Source: Candidatus Iainarchaeum sp.
GTDB taxonomy: Archaea > Iainarchaeota > Iainarchaeia > Iainarchaeales > JAFGBZ01
Direction of reading: 5' to 3'
DNA length: 35,963 nt
Assembly: GCA_016932875.1 (NCBI GenBank)
Contig: JAFGBZ010000008.1
Location: 1-35,963, forward strand
Shown: in pieces, positions 26,277 through 34,563 of the stretch
How the letters are laid out: the number at the start of each line of letters is the position of its first letter
Position numbering within the stretch: the first letter of the stretch is position 1
Program-made: the position numbers and the translations under genes
The notes under the pieces: generated by a model
Told to the model about the DNA's origin: nothing
The model's database searches: none
The model's input: the letters and a program-made list of their open reading frames with translations, nothing else

Positions 26277-27531
26277 AAATCATGCTTTTCTTAAAATAAA
26301 AGTAAATTAATACAATTATTCCGATTATTGCTAAAACCGCGCTTGCAATTAATTCTAATGGAACTCCTGGATTTTCAAATGCAATCATTGTTTTCTCGCA
26401 GTTAAATGAAAGAAGATAATCAGGAATTAATGCATTGCATTCAATTGAATGAATTCCTTCAACTGATGAAAGCAGGATTAAATCAAATTCTTTTGATTCA
26501 GCTGCTTTAAGTTCAAATGATTCAAATGAAGTTGCTGAAACACTTAATTCAGGAGAAGAAAAAAGTGAAAGATTAATTGAAGGCGCGTCAACTACTCCAA
26601 TGTTTTTTACAATTAATTTTATTGGAATTTCTGAATCAATGAAATGAGTTGAATCAGGAACAACTAATATTGGCGCTAATTCAACTTTTGGGGCAACAAC
26701 ATCTAAATAAAGTCTGTTTGATTCAATTCCAGAAATTTTGTCTCCAAAAAAGTTTTCATATTCAAGAATTGCAGGAAGCAATGAAAGTTTTCCTACTTTT
26801 CCAATTCTAATTAAATAAGAAAATGTTGCTTCTCCTGGTTTAACACAGCCAAAAGAATTCCATTCACTGCATGGAGGAACTGTTCCGGAAAAAGTGCTTT
26901 TGCCTGAAACAAATTTAACCCAAGGAGTTCTGTTTTCAAGTTCTGATTTTCTGTAAATAACTGAAACTTTTTGTTCTACTGCACCGTAATTTTTTAAAGT
27001 AATTAAAACAGTTAAGTCTTTTCCTGCAACTGCTTCATCAAGCAGATTCATTTCAAAAGATTTTTCTCTTTCAATTGCAGGAGCAGAATACCAGCCGAAA
27101 AATGAATCAGAAAAAAATTCTATTTTAGGAGAAGAATTTGACGTTTTGGCGCAGATTTTAAGTTTATTTGATTTTTTTATTGCATCAGAAGGAACATAAA
27201 TTCTTTTCCAGCCATTCACTGAAGTGTCTGAACCAGAAATATTTGCAAGTTCAAAAGAAGAAAATTCATTAATAAGAGAATCATTAAGATAAACTGATGC
27301 AAAAGAAGTATTGTTTTTTTGCCCGAAAAAATCAAAATGAAGAGAGAAAACAGGAATTAATTGAAATGAATTTACATCAGACATGAAATCCATTTCAATG
27401 CATTTGCTTTCATTCAATGAATCAAAAACAATTCCAGAATAACCTAAATCACTGAAAACCAGTTCAGTTTCCTGTGCAAAAACACTTAATGAAAGCAATA
27501 AAAAAAATATTAAAACAAATTTTTTCCCCAT
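26275..27531 (-). CDS. Secreted, C-terminally anchored protein with CARDB/DUF11-like beta-sandwich domains (418 aa)
   Basis: SD AAGGTGG 4 nt upstream of the ATG. Signal peptide (FVLIFFLLLSLSVFAQE). Beta-sandwich-like segments (KDLTVLITLKNYGAVEQKVSV and IPIKLIVKNIGVVDAPSINLSL). C-terminal TM (LIASAVLAIIGIIVLIYFYF). Confidence 0.8.
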   Translation of the reverse strand: MGKKFVLIFFLLLSLSVFAQETELVFSDLGYSGIVFDSLNESKCIEMDFMSDVNSFQLIPVFSLHFDFFGQKNNTSFASVYLNDSLINEFSSFELANISGSDTSVNGWKRIYVPSDAIKKSNKLKICAKTSNSSPKIEFFSDSFFGWYSAPAIEREKSFEMNLLDEAVAGKDLTVLITLKNYGAVEQKVSVIYRKSELENRTPWVKFVSGKSTFSGTVPPCSEWNSFGCVKPGEATFSYLIRIGKVGKLSLLPAILEYENFFGDKISGIESNRLYLDVVAPKVELAPILVVPDSTHFIDSEIPIKLIVKNIGVVDAPSINLSLFSSPELSVSATSFESFELKAAESKEFDLILLSSVEGIHSIECNALIPDYLLSFNCEKTMIAFENPGVPLELIASAVLAIIGIIVLIYFYFKKSMI

Positions 27532-27605
27532 AATCCCACCTTAAAAAAGTTTCAACAGCTAAATGATGAAAAAAAAGTTAAATAAAGAGAATGGTTAAGA
27601 AAAAA

Positions 27606-28082
27606 TTAATTTAATTTCTTTAATTCACTTAAAATTTTTTTAACAGGAACTTCAATTTTTCCAGAAGAATCGATGTTTGTTATGTAGACGTAGTTTTTGC
27701 TTGCTTTTTTAAGACAGTAATCAGTTTCTTCACAAAAGATATTGTCAAGAATTTTTTCATCTGAATAACCGCGTTTTTTCATTCTTTTTTCAAGAATACT
27801 GCTATTTGCATGAAGAACAACGCATAAATTCGCAGGAATTTTCATTTCACATAATAAATGCCCTTCAATTACTTGGTTTTTTTCTTTTTTTAATGAAATT
27901 AGGAGCTTTTTCTGCATTTTTTTTACATCAATTTCAATTTCTTTTTCTTTATTTAATTTTCCTAATTTATGTGTTAAAGCAAATTCTTTTTCATTAATTA
28001 CTTTAAATCCAAGCTTTTTGCTTAATTCTTTTGCAATCTCGGTTTTTCCTGTTCCAGGAGTTCCAGTAATAACTAAAATCAT
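27606..28082 (-). CDS. Adenylate kinase isoenzyme 6 / Fap7-type NTPase (small-subunit rRNA maturation factor)
   Basis: N-terminal P-loop ILVITGTPGTGKT. 158 aa, with an overall pattern typical of archaeal AK6/Fap7 homologs (VIEGHL, VLHANSSILEKRMKKRGY). Confidence 0.75.
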   Translation of the reverse strand: MILVITGTPGTGKTEIAKELSKKLGFKVINEKEFALTHKLGKLNKEKEIEIDVKKMQKKLLISLKKEKNQVIEGHLLCEMKIPANLCVVLHANSSILEKRMKKRGYSDEKILDNIFCEETDYCLKKASKNYVYITNIDSSGKIEVPVKKILSELKKLN

Positions 28083-28129
28083 ATTATAACATTAAAACGA
28101 AAAATTAAAGAATTAAAGAGAAAACTAAT

Positions 28130-28473
28130 TACACCTTATTGAATTAATTACGAACAATCGAGCCAAAGCGAAGATTGTTCTCACGTGCCAGCGGAGTGCG
28201 CCGCTGCGTGACGGGCGAAAGAGGGGTGAGGGGCTATTTCTAGCCCCGTTTAAACCTAGAGCTTAAAGCAAGAGAGGAATCATTTGGCCTTTTACCGCCT
28301 TCTTCAAGGAAACGGCATAATTCAAGTGCATGAACTTCGAGCAAATCTATTGAGGATGCTTTTTTTGAGAACCTAAAGGACATAAAATACACTCTCGCTT
28401 AACAGCATTAATAGGATAAACTAACTTATTTAAATACTTTTCGATGAGAAAAACCTCGTGCGCGCTTTTTTTT
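28130..28473 (+). ncRNA. rnpB: Structured GC-rich RNA, most likely RNase P RNA (boundaries +/- 40 nt)
   Basis: This is the only GC-rich island in the window. On the plus strand, RNase P specificity-domain elements appear in the right order. GGGCGAAAGAGGGGUGAG (28213-28230) resembles CR-II GGGUGAAAGGGUG. A P12-like hairpin GGGGCUA-UUUC-UAGCCCC follows (28230-28247). GUUUAAACC (28248-28256) resembles GGUAAACC. AAGCAAG (28266-28272) resembles GAGCAAG. A P4 pair is possible between GAGCCAAAGCGA (28160-28171) and ACAUAAAAUACACUCUCGCUUAACAG (28380-28405, compare ACAAAAC..GGCUUACAGAA). The region ends in a T8 run. Confidence 0.55.
28466..28473 (+). terminator. Oligo-T (T8) archaeal-type termination signal after the structured RNA
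   Basis: CGCGC is followed by TTTTTTTT, read directly from the sequence. Confidence 0.5.
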
Positions 28474-28560
28474 ATGTATATGAGCTTAAAATCAATTTTT
28501 TTCAAAAAAAAAGCTCAAATTGAGCTTTTCTCTTATGTATATTTAGAATTTTTATGTATA
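28472..28560. repeat. Clustered TTATGTATA motifs (x3) in the rnpB / aCPSF1 3' intergenic region
   Basis: Exact 9-mers at 28472-28480, 28533-28541 and 28552-28560. Related TTATGTA/GATGTATAA lie at ~28595-28610. Confidence 0.55.
28509..28529. terminator. Perfect palindrome AAAAGCTCAA-A-TTGAGCTTTT flanked by homopolymer runs (bidirectional terminator candidate)
   Basis: 10-nt arms read directly from the sequence. T7 (28494-28500) and A9 (28504-28512) lie immediately upstream, and TTTT lies downstream. T-runs therefore follow a hairpin on both strands. Confidence 0.45.
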
Positions 28561-28672
28561 AATTAGGTTCGATCAAAAAACACAAAAAAGGGCATTATGT
28601 AGATGTATAATTAAACTTATAATGTATTTATTTTGGAAAAAGTGTTTTTGTTTTATTTTTGTGTGGTTTTAT

Positions 28673-30583
28673 TTATCTTAATCTTACTGAATCCAAATCA
28701 TTCAGTGAACTTGATGAAACATGGAATTTCATATTTAAGTATTTTGCTAAATCTGATGATTTTGTTCTTTCACCGTGATTTACAAGTATTCTTTTTGGTA
28801 ATGGATTCATGCTTGAAACAAATTTAACTAACTGGCTTCTATCTGAATGTCCTGAAAACCCTTCAAATATTTCTACTTTTAAGTTTATTTTAAGGGTTTT
28901 TGCTTTTCCTTTTTCATCCATTATTGTTAATTCACTTATTCCGTTCTGTATTTTTCTTCCTAGTGAACCTTCTCCTTGCCATCCTACAAAGAATATTGCG
29001 TTTTGAGGGTCTTCTGCCATTGCTTGGAAGTAATGCACTGAAGGACCTCCTGTAAGCATTCCTGATGAAGCAATTATTATTGATGATTTTCCTTTTGCTA
29101 TTTCATCTCTGTTTTGGAAATCAGCTGTCTGGAATAAGTCTGAAGTAAAAGGTGAATCATTTTGTAAAACACGTTTTTGAACTGCTTTTCTTAAATATTC
29201 TGGGTAAGCAGTATGAATTGCTGATGCTTCTTTTGTCATTCCATCAACAAATAATTTTGTTTCAGCAGGTAAAAAACCTCTTCTGTAAAAGTTTTCTATT
29301 ACAAGCATTAATTCCTGTGCACGCCCTACTGCAAATACTGGAATTAAGATATTTCCTCCTGATTTCAGCACGTCAATCATTGTTTTAAGGAATTTTTCTT
29401 CTGTGTCCTGTCTTTGTGGCTGAATATCTGTTTTTCCGCCATAAGTGCTTTCAATTATAAGTGTTTCTAATCTTGAAAATTTCATTTCTACATTATTGAA
29501 TAATCTAGTGAAGCCATATTTTATGTCTCCTGAATAAACTAAATTATGGGCTCCTTGTCCCATGTTTAAATGCACTGAACAGCTTCCTAAAATATGTGCT
29601 GCATCATGGAATGTTAAACGCATATCTGGTGCAATGTCTGTTACTTCTCTGTAATCTCTTGTAATGCAGTGTTTTACCATTTCCCTTATGTCACGTTCAG
29701 TGTAAGGCGGTTCTTTTCCGTCTTTTACCATTACATCAATTAAATCAAACTGAAGCAACGCCATTAAATCTCTTGTTGGTTCAGTGCAGTAAACAGGCCC
29801 AGTATAACCCATTTTGAATAAAAATGGAATCATTCCTGAATGATCTAAATGTGCGTGGGAAACAATTACTGCATTTAATTCATTTAATGGAAACCTTAAT
29901 GCTTCAAGATAAGGATAAGCATTTTCTTTTGATGCAATATTTATTCCACAGTCAAGCAGCACTCTTGTTTTTTTTGTTTCAACATAAACACAGCTTCTTC
30001 CTACTTCTCTGAAGCCGCCTAAAGCAGTTAATCTAATCCAGCCGTTTTCTGATGGTTTTTCGCCGTAAATTTTTTGAGCTGTTTCTTCCAAGAATTTTTT
30101 TACTTCGGCTGAATTTTTAATAAAATGATATCTTATTCCTTGCAAAATTTTTGATTCTGCTATTGGAGCACGAATTATTTTTGGAGTCCAGCCTGTTTCT
30201 AATACAATTTGCTTGCTTGTCTGTCCGCCTTTTCCTATTACTAATCCTGGTTTAATTGATTCAATTACCACTTCACTGAATGGCTGACTGAATTGGATTG
30301 ATTTAATTTGCGCATCTTCAGGAATTATCTGCCTGATTTTTTTTTCTGCTTCTGCTTCTTCGCTTAAAAGAGTTTTATCTGTTCTGATGTTTATTCTTTT
30401 CTTTAATTCTGAAGCAATTGATGAAACCAGGTTTTCATTTTCAAAGAATGCTTTTGGATTCTTTGTATAAATTGCTACTTCTGGACCTTCCATTGAAACC
30501 TTTGTTACAAGTGTTTCTGGAGGCAGTTTTTCTTTTATTGTTTCAGTTATTTCTTTTAAATAATCTATATCCATGAGAATCAA
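28673..30583 (-). CDS. aCPSF1/FttA-type KH + metallo-beta-lactamase + beta-CASP ribonuclease
   Basis: Two N-terminal KH-like segments (VIGKGGQTSKQI). MBL motif VSHAHLDHSG. Beta-CASP region with GFSGHSD. 636 aa is typical of archaeal CPSF1. An alternative start is ATG 30574. Confidence 0.92.
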   Translation of the reverse strand: MILMDIDYLKEITETIKEKLPPETLVTKVSMEGPEVAIYTKNPKAFFENENLVSSIASELKKRINIRTDKTLLSEEAEAEKKIRQIIPEDAQIKSIQFSQPFSEVVIESIKPGLVIGKGGQTSKQIVLETGWTPKIIRAPIAESKILQGIRYHFIKNSAEVKKFLEETAQKIYGEKPSENGWIRLTALGGFREVGRSCVYVETKKTRVLLDCGINIASKENAYPYLEALRFPLNELNAVIVSHAHLDHSGMIPFLFKMGYTGPVYCTEPTRDLMALLQFDLIDVMVKDGKEPPYTERDIREMVKHCITRDYREVTDIAPDMRLTFHDAAHILGSCSVHLNMGQGAHNLVYSGDIKYGFTRLFNNVEMKFSRLETLIIESTYGGKTDIQPQRQDTEEKFLKTMIDVLKSGGNILIPVFAVGRAQELMLVIENFYRRGFLPAETKLFVDGMTKEASAIHTAYPEYLRKAVQKRVLQNDSPFTSDLFQTADFQNRDEIAKGKSSIIIASSGMLTGGPSVHYFQAMAEDPQNAIFFVGWQGEGSLGRKIQNGISELTIMDEKGKAKTLKINLKVEIFEGFSGHSDRSQLVKFVSSMNPLPKRILVNHGERTKSSDLAKYLNMKFHVSSSSLNDLDSVRLR

Positions 30584-30624
30584 TTCAAAAAATAAAAATT
30601 AAGAACAACATCTAATTAAGGCAG

Positions 30625-31290
30625 TTAAACCATTGAAATAAATTTTTCCACTTCATTTTTTGGCAGGAATCTTACTCCTCTTGAATCTATTACTACTACT
30701 GTAATGCTTTTACCGCCTGAATAAATGTCTCTTCTTTTTCCTGCAGTGATTGCTTTTACTGCTAAAAGAGCTGCTTCGTTTTCATTCATTCCTTTTTTAT
30801 ACTGTGAATCAAGAGTGCTTAAAGCCAGTTCTGTTCCTGAACCGCTTACTGCATAATCGTTTTTTTCAACTACTCCTCCAAAAGGAGTTATTTCAAATAA
30901 TTCAGGTTTTTCAGCCATTCCGCCTACAACCAATTGAACAATAAATGGATAATATCTGTTTGCATTAAGAATGTTTGAAATAAATGTTGACATTGCTTTT
31001 GCAGTCATTTTTTCTTCTCTTGCCAGTTCATATAATTTTGCCTGGCTTCTGAGAAAACGAATTATTGTTAATGAATCGCCTACATTTCCTGCATTTGTTA
31101 CTGCGACATGTTTTGTTATTTCATAAATTTTTTCTGCATCTTCATCTATTGCAATATGCCCCATTGAAGCACGCTGATCTGCAGCCAAAACAATGGCGTT
31201 AGCTGCTTTTAATCCAATAGTTGTTGTACCAGTTTTAACATCTTCGACCAATAAATCACCAAAAAAATAGGCATAAGTTAAGTATATCAT
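30625..31290 (-). CDS. psmB: Proteasome subunit beta
   Basis: Propeptide followed by the catalytic-Thr motif GTTTIGLKA. Ntn-hydrolase pattern (VLAADQRAS and AVSGSGTELA). Confidence 0.92.
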   Translation of the reverse strand: MIYLTYAYFFGDLLVEDVKTGTTTIGLKAANAIVLAADQRASMGHIAIDEDAEKIYEITKHVAVTNAGNVGDSLTIIRFLRSQAKLYELAREEKMTAKAMSTFISNILNANRYYPFIVQLVVGGMAEKPELFEITPFGGVVEKNDYAVSGSGTELALSTLDSQYKKGMNENEAALLAVKAITAGKRRDIYSGGKSITVVVIDSRGVRFLPKNEVEKFISMV

Positions 31291-31332
31291 CCAAGCAAAA
31301 ATTTAAAAAGAAAAGGGTTTGCATTTGTTTGT

Positions 31333-32073
31333 TTATTTTAAATTATTTTTCTTTTCTTTTGAACTGTTTTCTTTTTGTGTTTCTTTGCTTTCTTTTGATT
31401 CTTTTTCTTCTTTTTTCACTTCTTTTTCTTTGAATTCCACTTCTTTTATTTCTGGAATTGCTTCTTTTAATTGCTTTTCTAATGCATTTTTAACAAAAGA
31501 AATTTCTTTTGGTAATCCTGAAGGCAGAGTTATGGTTATTTTTTCTTTTTCCATTTTATAGTCTACTTCAGGAATAGGCAAGTATTTTTCAGTTAAATGC
31601 TTTGCTTTTTCTTTTGAGTCAGTTACTTTTTTAATTAATTTTAATTCATATTCAATGTTTTTTCCTGCTAAATCATTATTAAAGTCAACTCTTACTCTTC
31701 CGCCTGAAACTGTTTGAACTCTTCCTCTTAAGCCGTCTGCTTCAATTATTAATCCTGGAAATGGATTCATTTTATTGTCTTTAAACTGTTTTATTGGAAT
31801 GACTCTTACTAAATCTTTTTTTCTTTCTCCAAATGCCTGTTCTGGAGTTAATTCAATTTTTCTTGATTCATTTTCTTTCATTTCAGTTAATGCTTTTTCA
31901 AGCACTGGAAACAATTCATTGTTTCCCAATAACACGCATATTGGTTTGAATTCCCTGTTTTCTGAAGCGATTTCTTCTTTTTCAGCAAGTTCCTTGCTTG
32001 TTGTTTCAAAGATTTTTTTTGAATCTGCTTCGCGTCCAGTAAGCTCTATAAGTACAAAATTTGTTTCAGCCAT
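31333..32073 (-). CDS. FKBP-type peptidyl-prolyl isomerase (SlyD-like, with insert-in-flap) and a K/E-rich tail
   Basis: GERKKDLVRVIP, GRVQTVSGGRVRVDFNNDLAGKNIEYELKL matches the DFNHPLAGK FKBP core. The C-terminus is low-complexity EKKEEKESKESKE. Confidence 0.82.
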   Translation of the reverse strand: MAETNFVLIELTGREADSKKIFETTSKELAEKEEIASENREFKPICVLLGNNELFPVLEKALTEMKENESRKIELTPEQAFGERKKDLVRVIPIKQFKDNKMNPFPGLIIEADGLRGRVQTVSGGRVRVDFNNDLAGKNIEYELKLIKKVTDSKEKAKHLTEKYLPIPEVDYKMEKEKITITLPSGLPKEISFVKNALEKQLKEAIPEIKEVEFKEKEVKKEEKESKESKETQKENSSKEKKNNLK

Positions 32074-32156
32074 TAAATCACTCTAGATTTTTTCCAGTAA
32101 AAGAGTTAAAAAGCTTCTTGTTCATGAATTAAAAAGATACTTTTTGAGGGGATTGA

Positions 32157-33488
32157 ATGAAAGGCGAGCAAATAATGGCGTTATTTATTGTTATTTTAAT
32201 GATTGGTTCTATTGTAGGTTTTGCGGTTTGGAGCAGTGAAGACAGAAACCCTGAACCACAAAACCAAATTCAGGAACCATTTGTTCCAACTAATTCAATT
32301 AAATTTACTGCTGAAAGCGTTCCAGTAAAAGTAATCAATACATTCAATTACCTTATTATTACTGCTAATACAAATGAAATGGAAATAAACAAAATTGATT
32401 CTGAAATAAAATCAGTTAATGGAGTGAAACAGATTTCATCTCGTTTTGCAGGAGATGTAAAAGATTCTTTAAGTTCAGGGATGATGTATATTGCTGAAAT
32501 AACTTTTTCTGCAGGAAAAAATCCTGAAGAACTTGTTCAGGAAATTCAAGCAAAAGCAGTTTCATTAACTAATGTGCAAGGAATACTTAATGCAGTAGTT
32601 AATGTGCCTAAAACTGTTACTCTTTCAAATTCTGATTTGAATTTAATTAAAGAACATGAATTTGCTGAAACAAGAACTCAGGCATTAGTGCTTCCTTCAA
32701 CAATTGAAGGTGATGAGCTTCTTGTTTCGCTTGAAGTAAGTTTAGCTAATTCGCTTGTTACATCACAAACTGCTTTTGAAGAAAAAAATATTACTGCTGA
32801 ACCAATTCCAGTAATGCTTGAAAAAGAACTTGACTTAAATGAATTAAAGCCAGAGCTTGCATTGATTGCAACAATTAACAGAAGTTTTTTTGAAGGAAAT
32901 GATAAAACAAATGAATTAATTAAATCAGTTTCAGGAATAACTGGAAGCAATACAATTCTTGCAAGACAGGGAAATATGATTAAAGTTTATTTCAATGAAT
33001 TAAATGAAACTGAATTCAGTGATTTGAATAATTCATTGAATGAAATCACTGGAATTAATGTTGATTCAGATTTAAATAAAGCCACAGTATTTATTCAAGT
33101 GAATGCTGAAACTGAATATAATTCAGTGCTTAATTCAGTTGAAGAAAAAATTTCTCTTGCAGAAATGGATTTTAATTCATTGGTTGAACCAACTGTTTCA
33201 ATTAATTCTGATATAAATATTGAATCAGTTAATTCAAAGGAAATCGCTGAAGCAGTAAATGCTTTGCTTGAAGGAAAAGAATTTGAAGTGCAGATAATGC
33301 AGAAAGCATTGTTTTCAGTTGATAAATTAGTTAATGAAAATGATGAAAGCTTTGAAGTAACTGCTCCAATTGAAGCAATGATTAATCCAGGAAAAACAAT
33401 CGGAGAAAAAGTAAATTTAAGCATTTACTTTTATGGAATAAGAGGAAAAGCAGAATATCTTCAGGCAGAAGAAGTAATGGAAGAATAA
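32157..33488 (+). CDS. N-terminally anchored hypothetical extracellular protein (443 aa)
   Basis: SD-like GAGGGG upstream. TM helix ALFIVILMIGSIVGFAVW. The remainder is acidic with no recognised motif. An alternative start is ATG 32175. Confidence 0.6.
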   Translation: MKGEQIMALFIVILMIGSIVGFAVWSSEDRNPEPQNQIQEPFVPTNSIKFTAESVPVKVINTFNYLIITANTNEMEINKIDSEIKSVNGVKQISSRFAGDVKDSLSSGMMYIAEITFSAGKNPEELVQEIQAKAVSLTNVQGILNAVVNVPKTVTLSNSDLNLIKEHEFAETRTQALVLPSTIEGDELLVSLEVSLANSLVTSQTAFEEKNITAEPIPVMLEKELDLNELKPELALIATINRSFFEGNDKTNELIKSVSGITGSNTILARQGNMIKVYFNELNETEFSDLNNSLNEITGINVDSDLNKATVFIQVNAETEYNSVLNSVEEKISLAEMDFNSLVEPTVSINSDINIESVNSKEIAEAVNALLEGKEFEVQIMQKALFSVDKLVNENDESFEVTAPIEAMINPGKTIGEKVNLSIYFYGIRGKAEYLQAEEVMEE

Positions 33489-33541
33489 TGTATTCTTCCT
33501 TTTTAATTTTTTATTAATTATTCAATATCTTTTCAATTTTT

Positions 33542-33877
33542 TTATTTTTTTAAGTTTTCAATTGCTTCAGCTATATCGCCGTTTGATTCTTTTAATGCGT
33601 TTTCTGCTTCTTTTTTTGTTTTTCCTGTTGTTTCTGCAACCATTGCAATATCTTCTTCAGGTATTTCTGTTTCATTTGTTTCTTCTTTTGCTTCGCCCAT
33701 TACTGTGTATGTTTTTTGTCCGCTCATTTCAACTGCTGTAACCTGAGGATTTTCAATTACTAATTTTTTTGAATTCATTTCAAATATTACTTTTTTTACT
33801 TCAAGTTCATCTGATTTAATTCCCATTTGTTTCATTATTCTTTGCATGTTTTTTGGATTCATTCCGCCTGGAAACAT
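33542..33877 (-). CDS. nac: Nascent polypeptide-associated complex protein (NAC domain + UBA)
   Basis: MFPGGMNPKNMQRIMKQMGI, the NAC beta-barrel segment (KLVIENPQVTAVEMSGQKTYTVMGE) and a C-terminal UBA-like segment (EEDIAMVAETTGKTKKEAENALKESNGDIAEAI). Confidence 0.9.
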   Translation of the reverse strand: MFPGGMNPKNMQRIMKQMGIKSDELEVKKVIFEMNSKKLVIENPQVTAVEMSGQKTYTVMGEAKEETNETEIPEEDIAMVAETTGKTKKEAENALKESNGDIAEAIENLKK

Positions 33878-33919
33878 TTTTTATCACCTTAATCCTTTTT
33901 TAAGTATTAATAAAAAAAA

Positions 33920-34555
33920 TTATTGTTCTGGAGTTAATTTAACTACTTTATCGCAGAACTGTTCAATTGTTTGCACTGCTTCTTTGTATTCTTCTGATTC
34001 AACAAATAAAAATAATCCGATTGATTTTTTTTGATTTATTTTTGATGCAAGAGTGTGAAAGAATTTTTCAACACTGTTTTTATCATTATAAACCAGTAAA
34101 GTTGAAATTGAATCCAATACAAGTACTAGTGTGTTTGTTTTATTTGAAATAGCAGAATCAAGTTCAATAAGTGCTTCAGATAATGCATTTGGAGAATTAA
34201 GAAATGATGTCTGCGAAGTGTTTTCTTTTTCAAGACTTAAAGCACTAATCATATCAATGAAATGTATTTTTTCTGCATTTAACTTATTTTTTTGCATAAA
34301 ATGAAGCAAAAATTCAACTGGTTTATTTAAAGTAACATAAATGGAGTCTTTTGTTGAAACCAGTTCAAGCATTGCATCTCTTGCAGCAGGATAAATTTCC
34401 GGAGCAATAAGCATTAAAACTGCCAATCCTTCATTTGAGCCATCAGATAATTCTTTTTGAATCATTGCCTTTATTTTGCTTTCAATTGAAAAAATGTCTT
34501 CAATGTTTTTTTCATTTTTCTTTTCAGGAACTTCAGCCATTGTTTCTTTTTTCAT
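33920..34555 (-). CDS. P-loop-less KaiC/RecA-fold paralog (DUF835-like), 211 aa
   Basis: No GxxGxGK(T/S) motif. It retains a Walker-B-like strand LVLVLDSISTLLVYN and the pattern YVTLNKP...IHFIDMIS...SPNALSEA. This resembles the ITRxxP...W(L/I)(S/T)...sP..L layout of inactivated KaiC domains. It is a paralog of the 35386-35910 product. Confidence 0.55.
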   Translation of the reverse strand: MKKETMAEVPEKKNEKNIEDIFSIESKIKAMIQKELSDGSNEGLAVLMLIAPEIYPAARDAMLELVSTKDSIYVTLNKPVEFLLHFMQKNKLNAEKIHFIDMISALSLEKENTSQTSFLNSPNALSEALIELDSAISNKTNTLVLVLDSISTLLVYNDKNSVEKFFHTLASKINQKKSIGLFLFVESEEYKEAVQTIEQFCDKVVKLTPEQ

Positions 34556-34563
34556 TTAATCAC

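Noticed and set aside
28130-28473. Alternative reading of the GC-rich RNA as SRP (7S) RNA, or as a minus-strand RNA
   Set aside because: I found no helix-8 type GGAA..AGCAGC-like motif on either strand, and the 5' and 3' ends are not complementary as in archaeal SRP RNA. The plus-strand order of CR-II / GUAAAC / AGCAAG / ..GCUUA-like motifs fits RNase P better. This is not excluded without a covariance-model search.
28566-28574. GGTTCGATC resembling a tRNA T-arm
   Set aside because: The flanking sequence is A/T homopolymer-rich, with no acceptor, D or anticodon stems. It is not a tRNA.
28633-29006. Plus-strand ORFs 28633-28827 and 28809-29006
   Set aside because: They overlap the 3' end of aCPSF1 on the opposite strand and have no supporting features.
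31319-32086. Plus-strand ORFs 31319-31561 and 31775-32086
   Set aside because: They are antisense to the FKBP gene and their translations are low-complexity.
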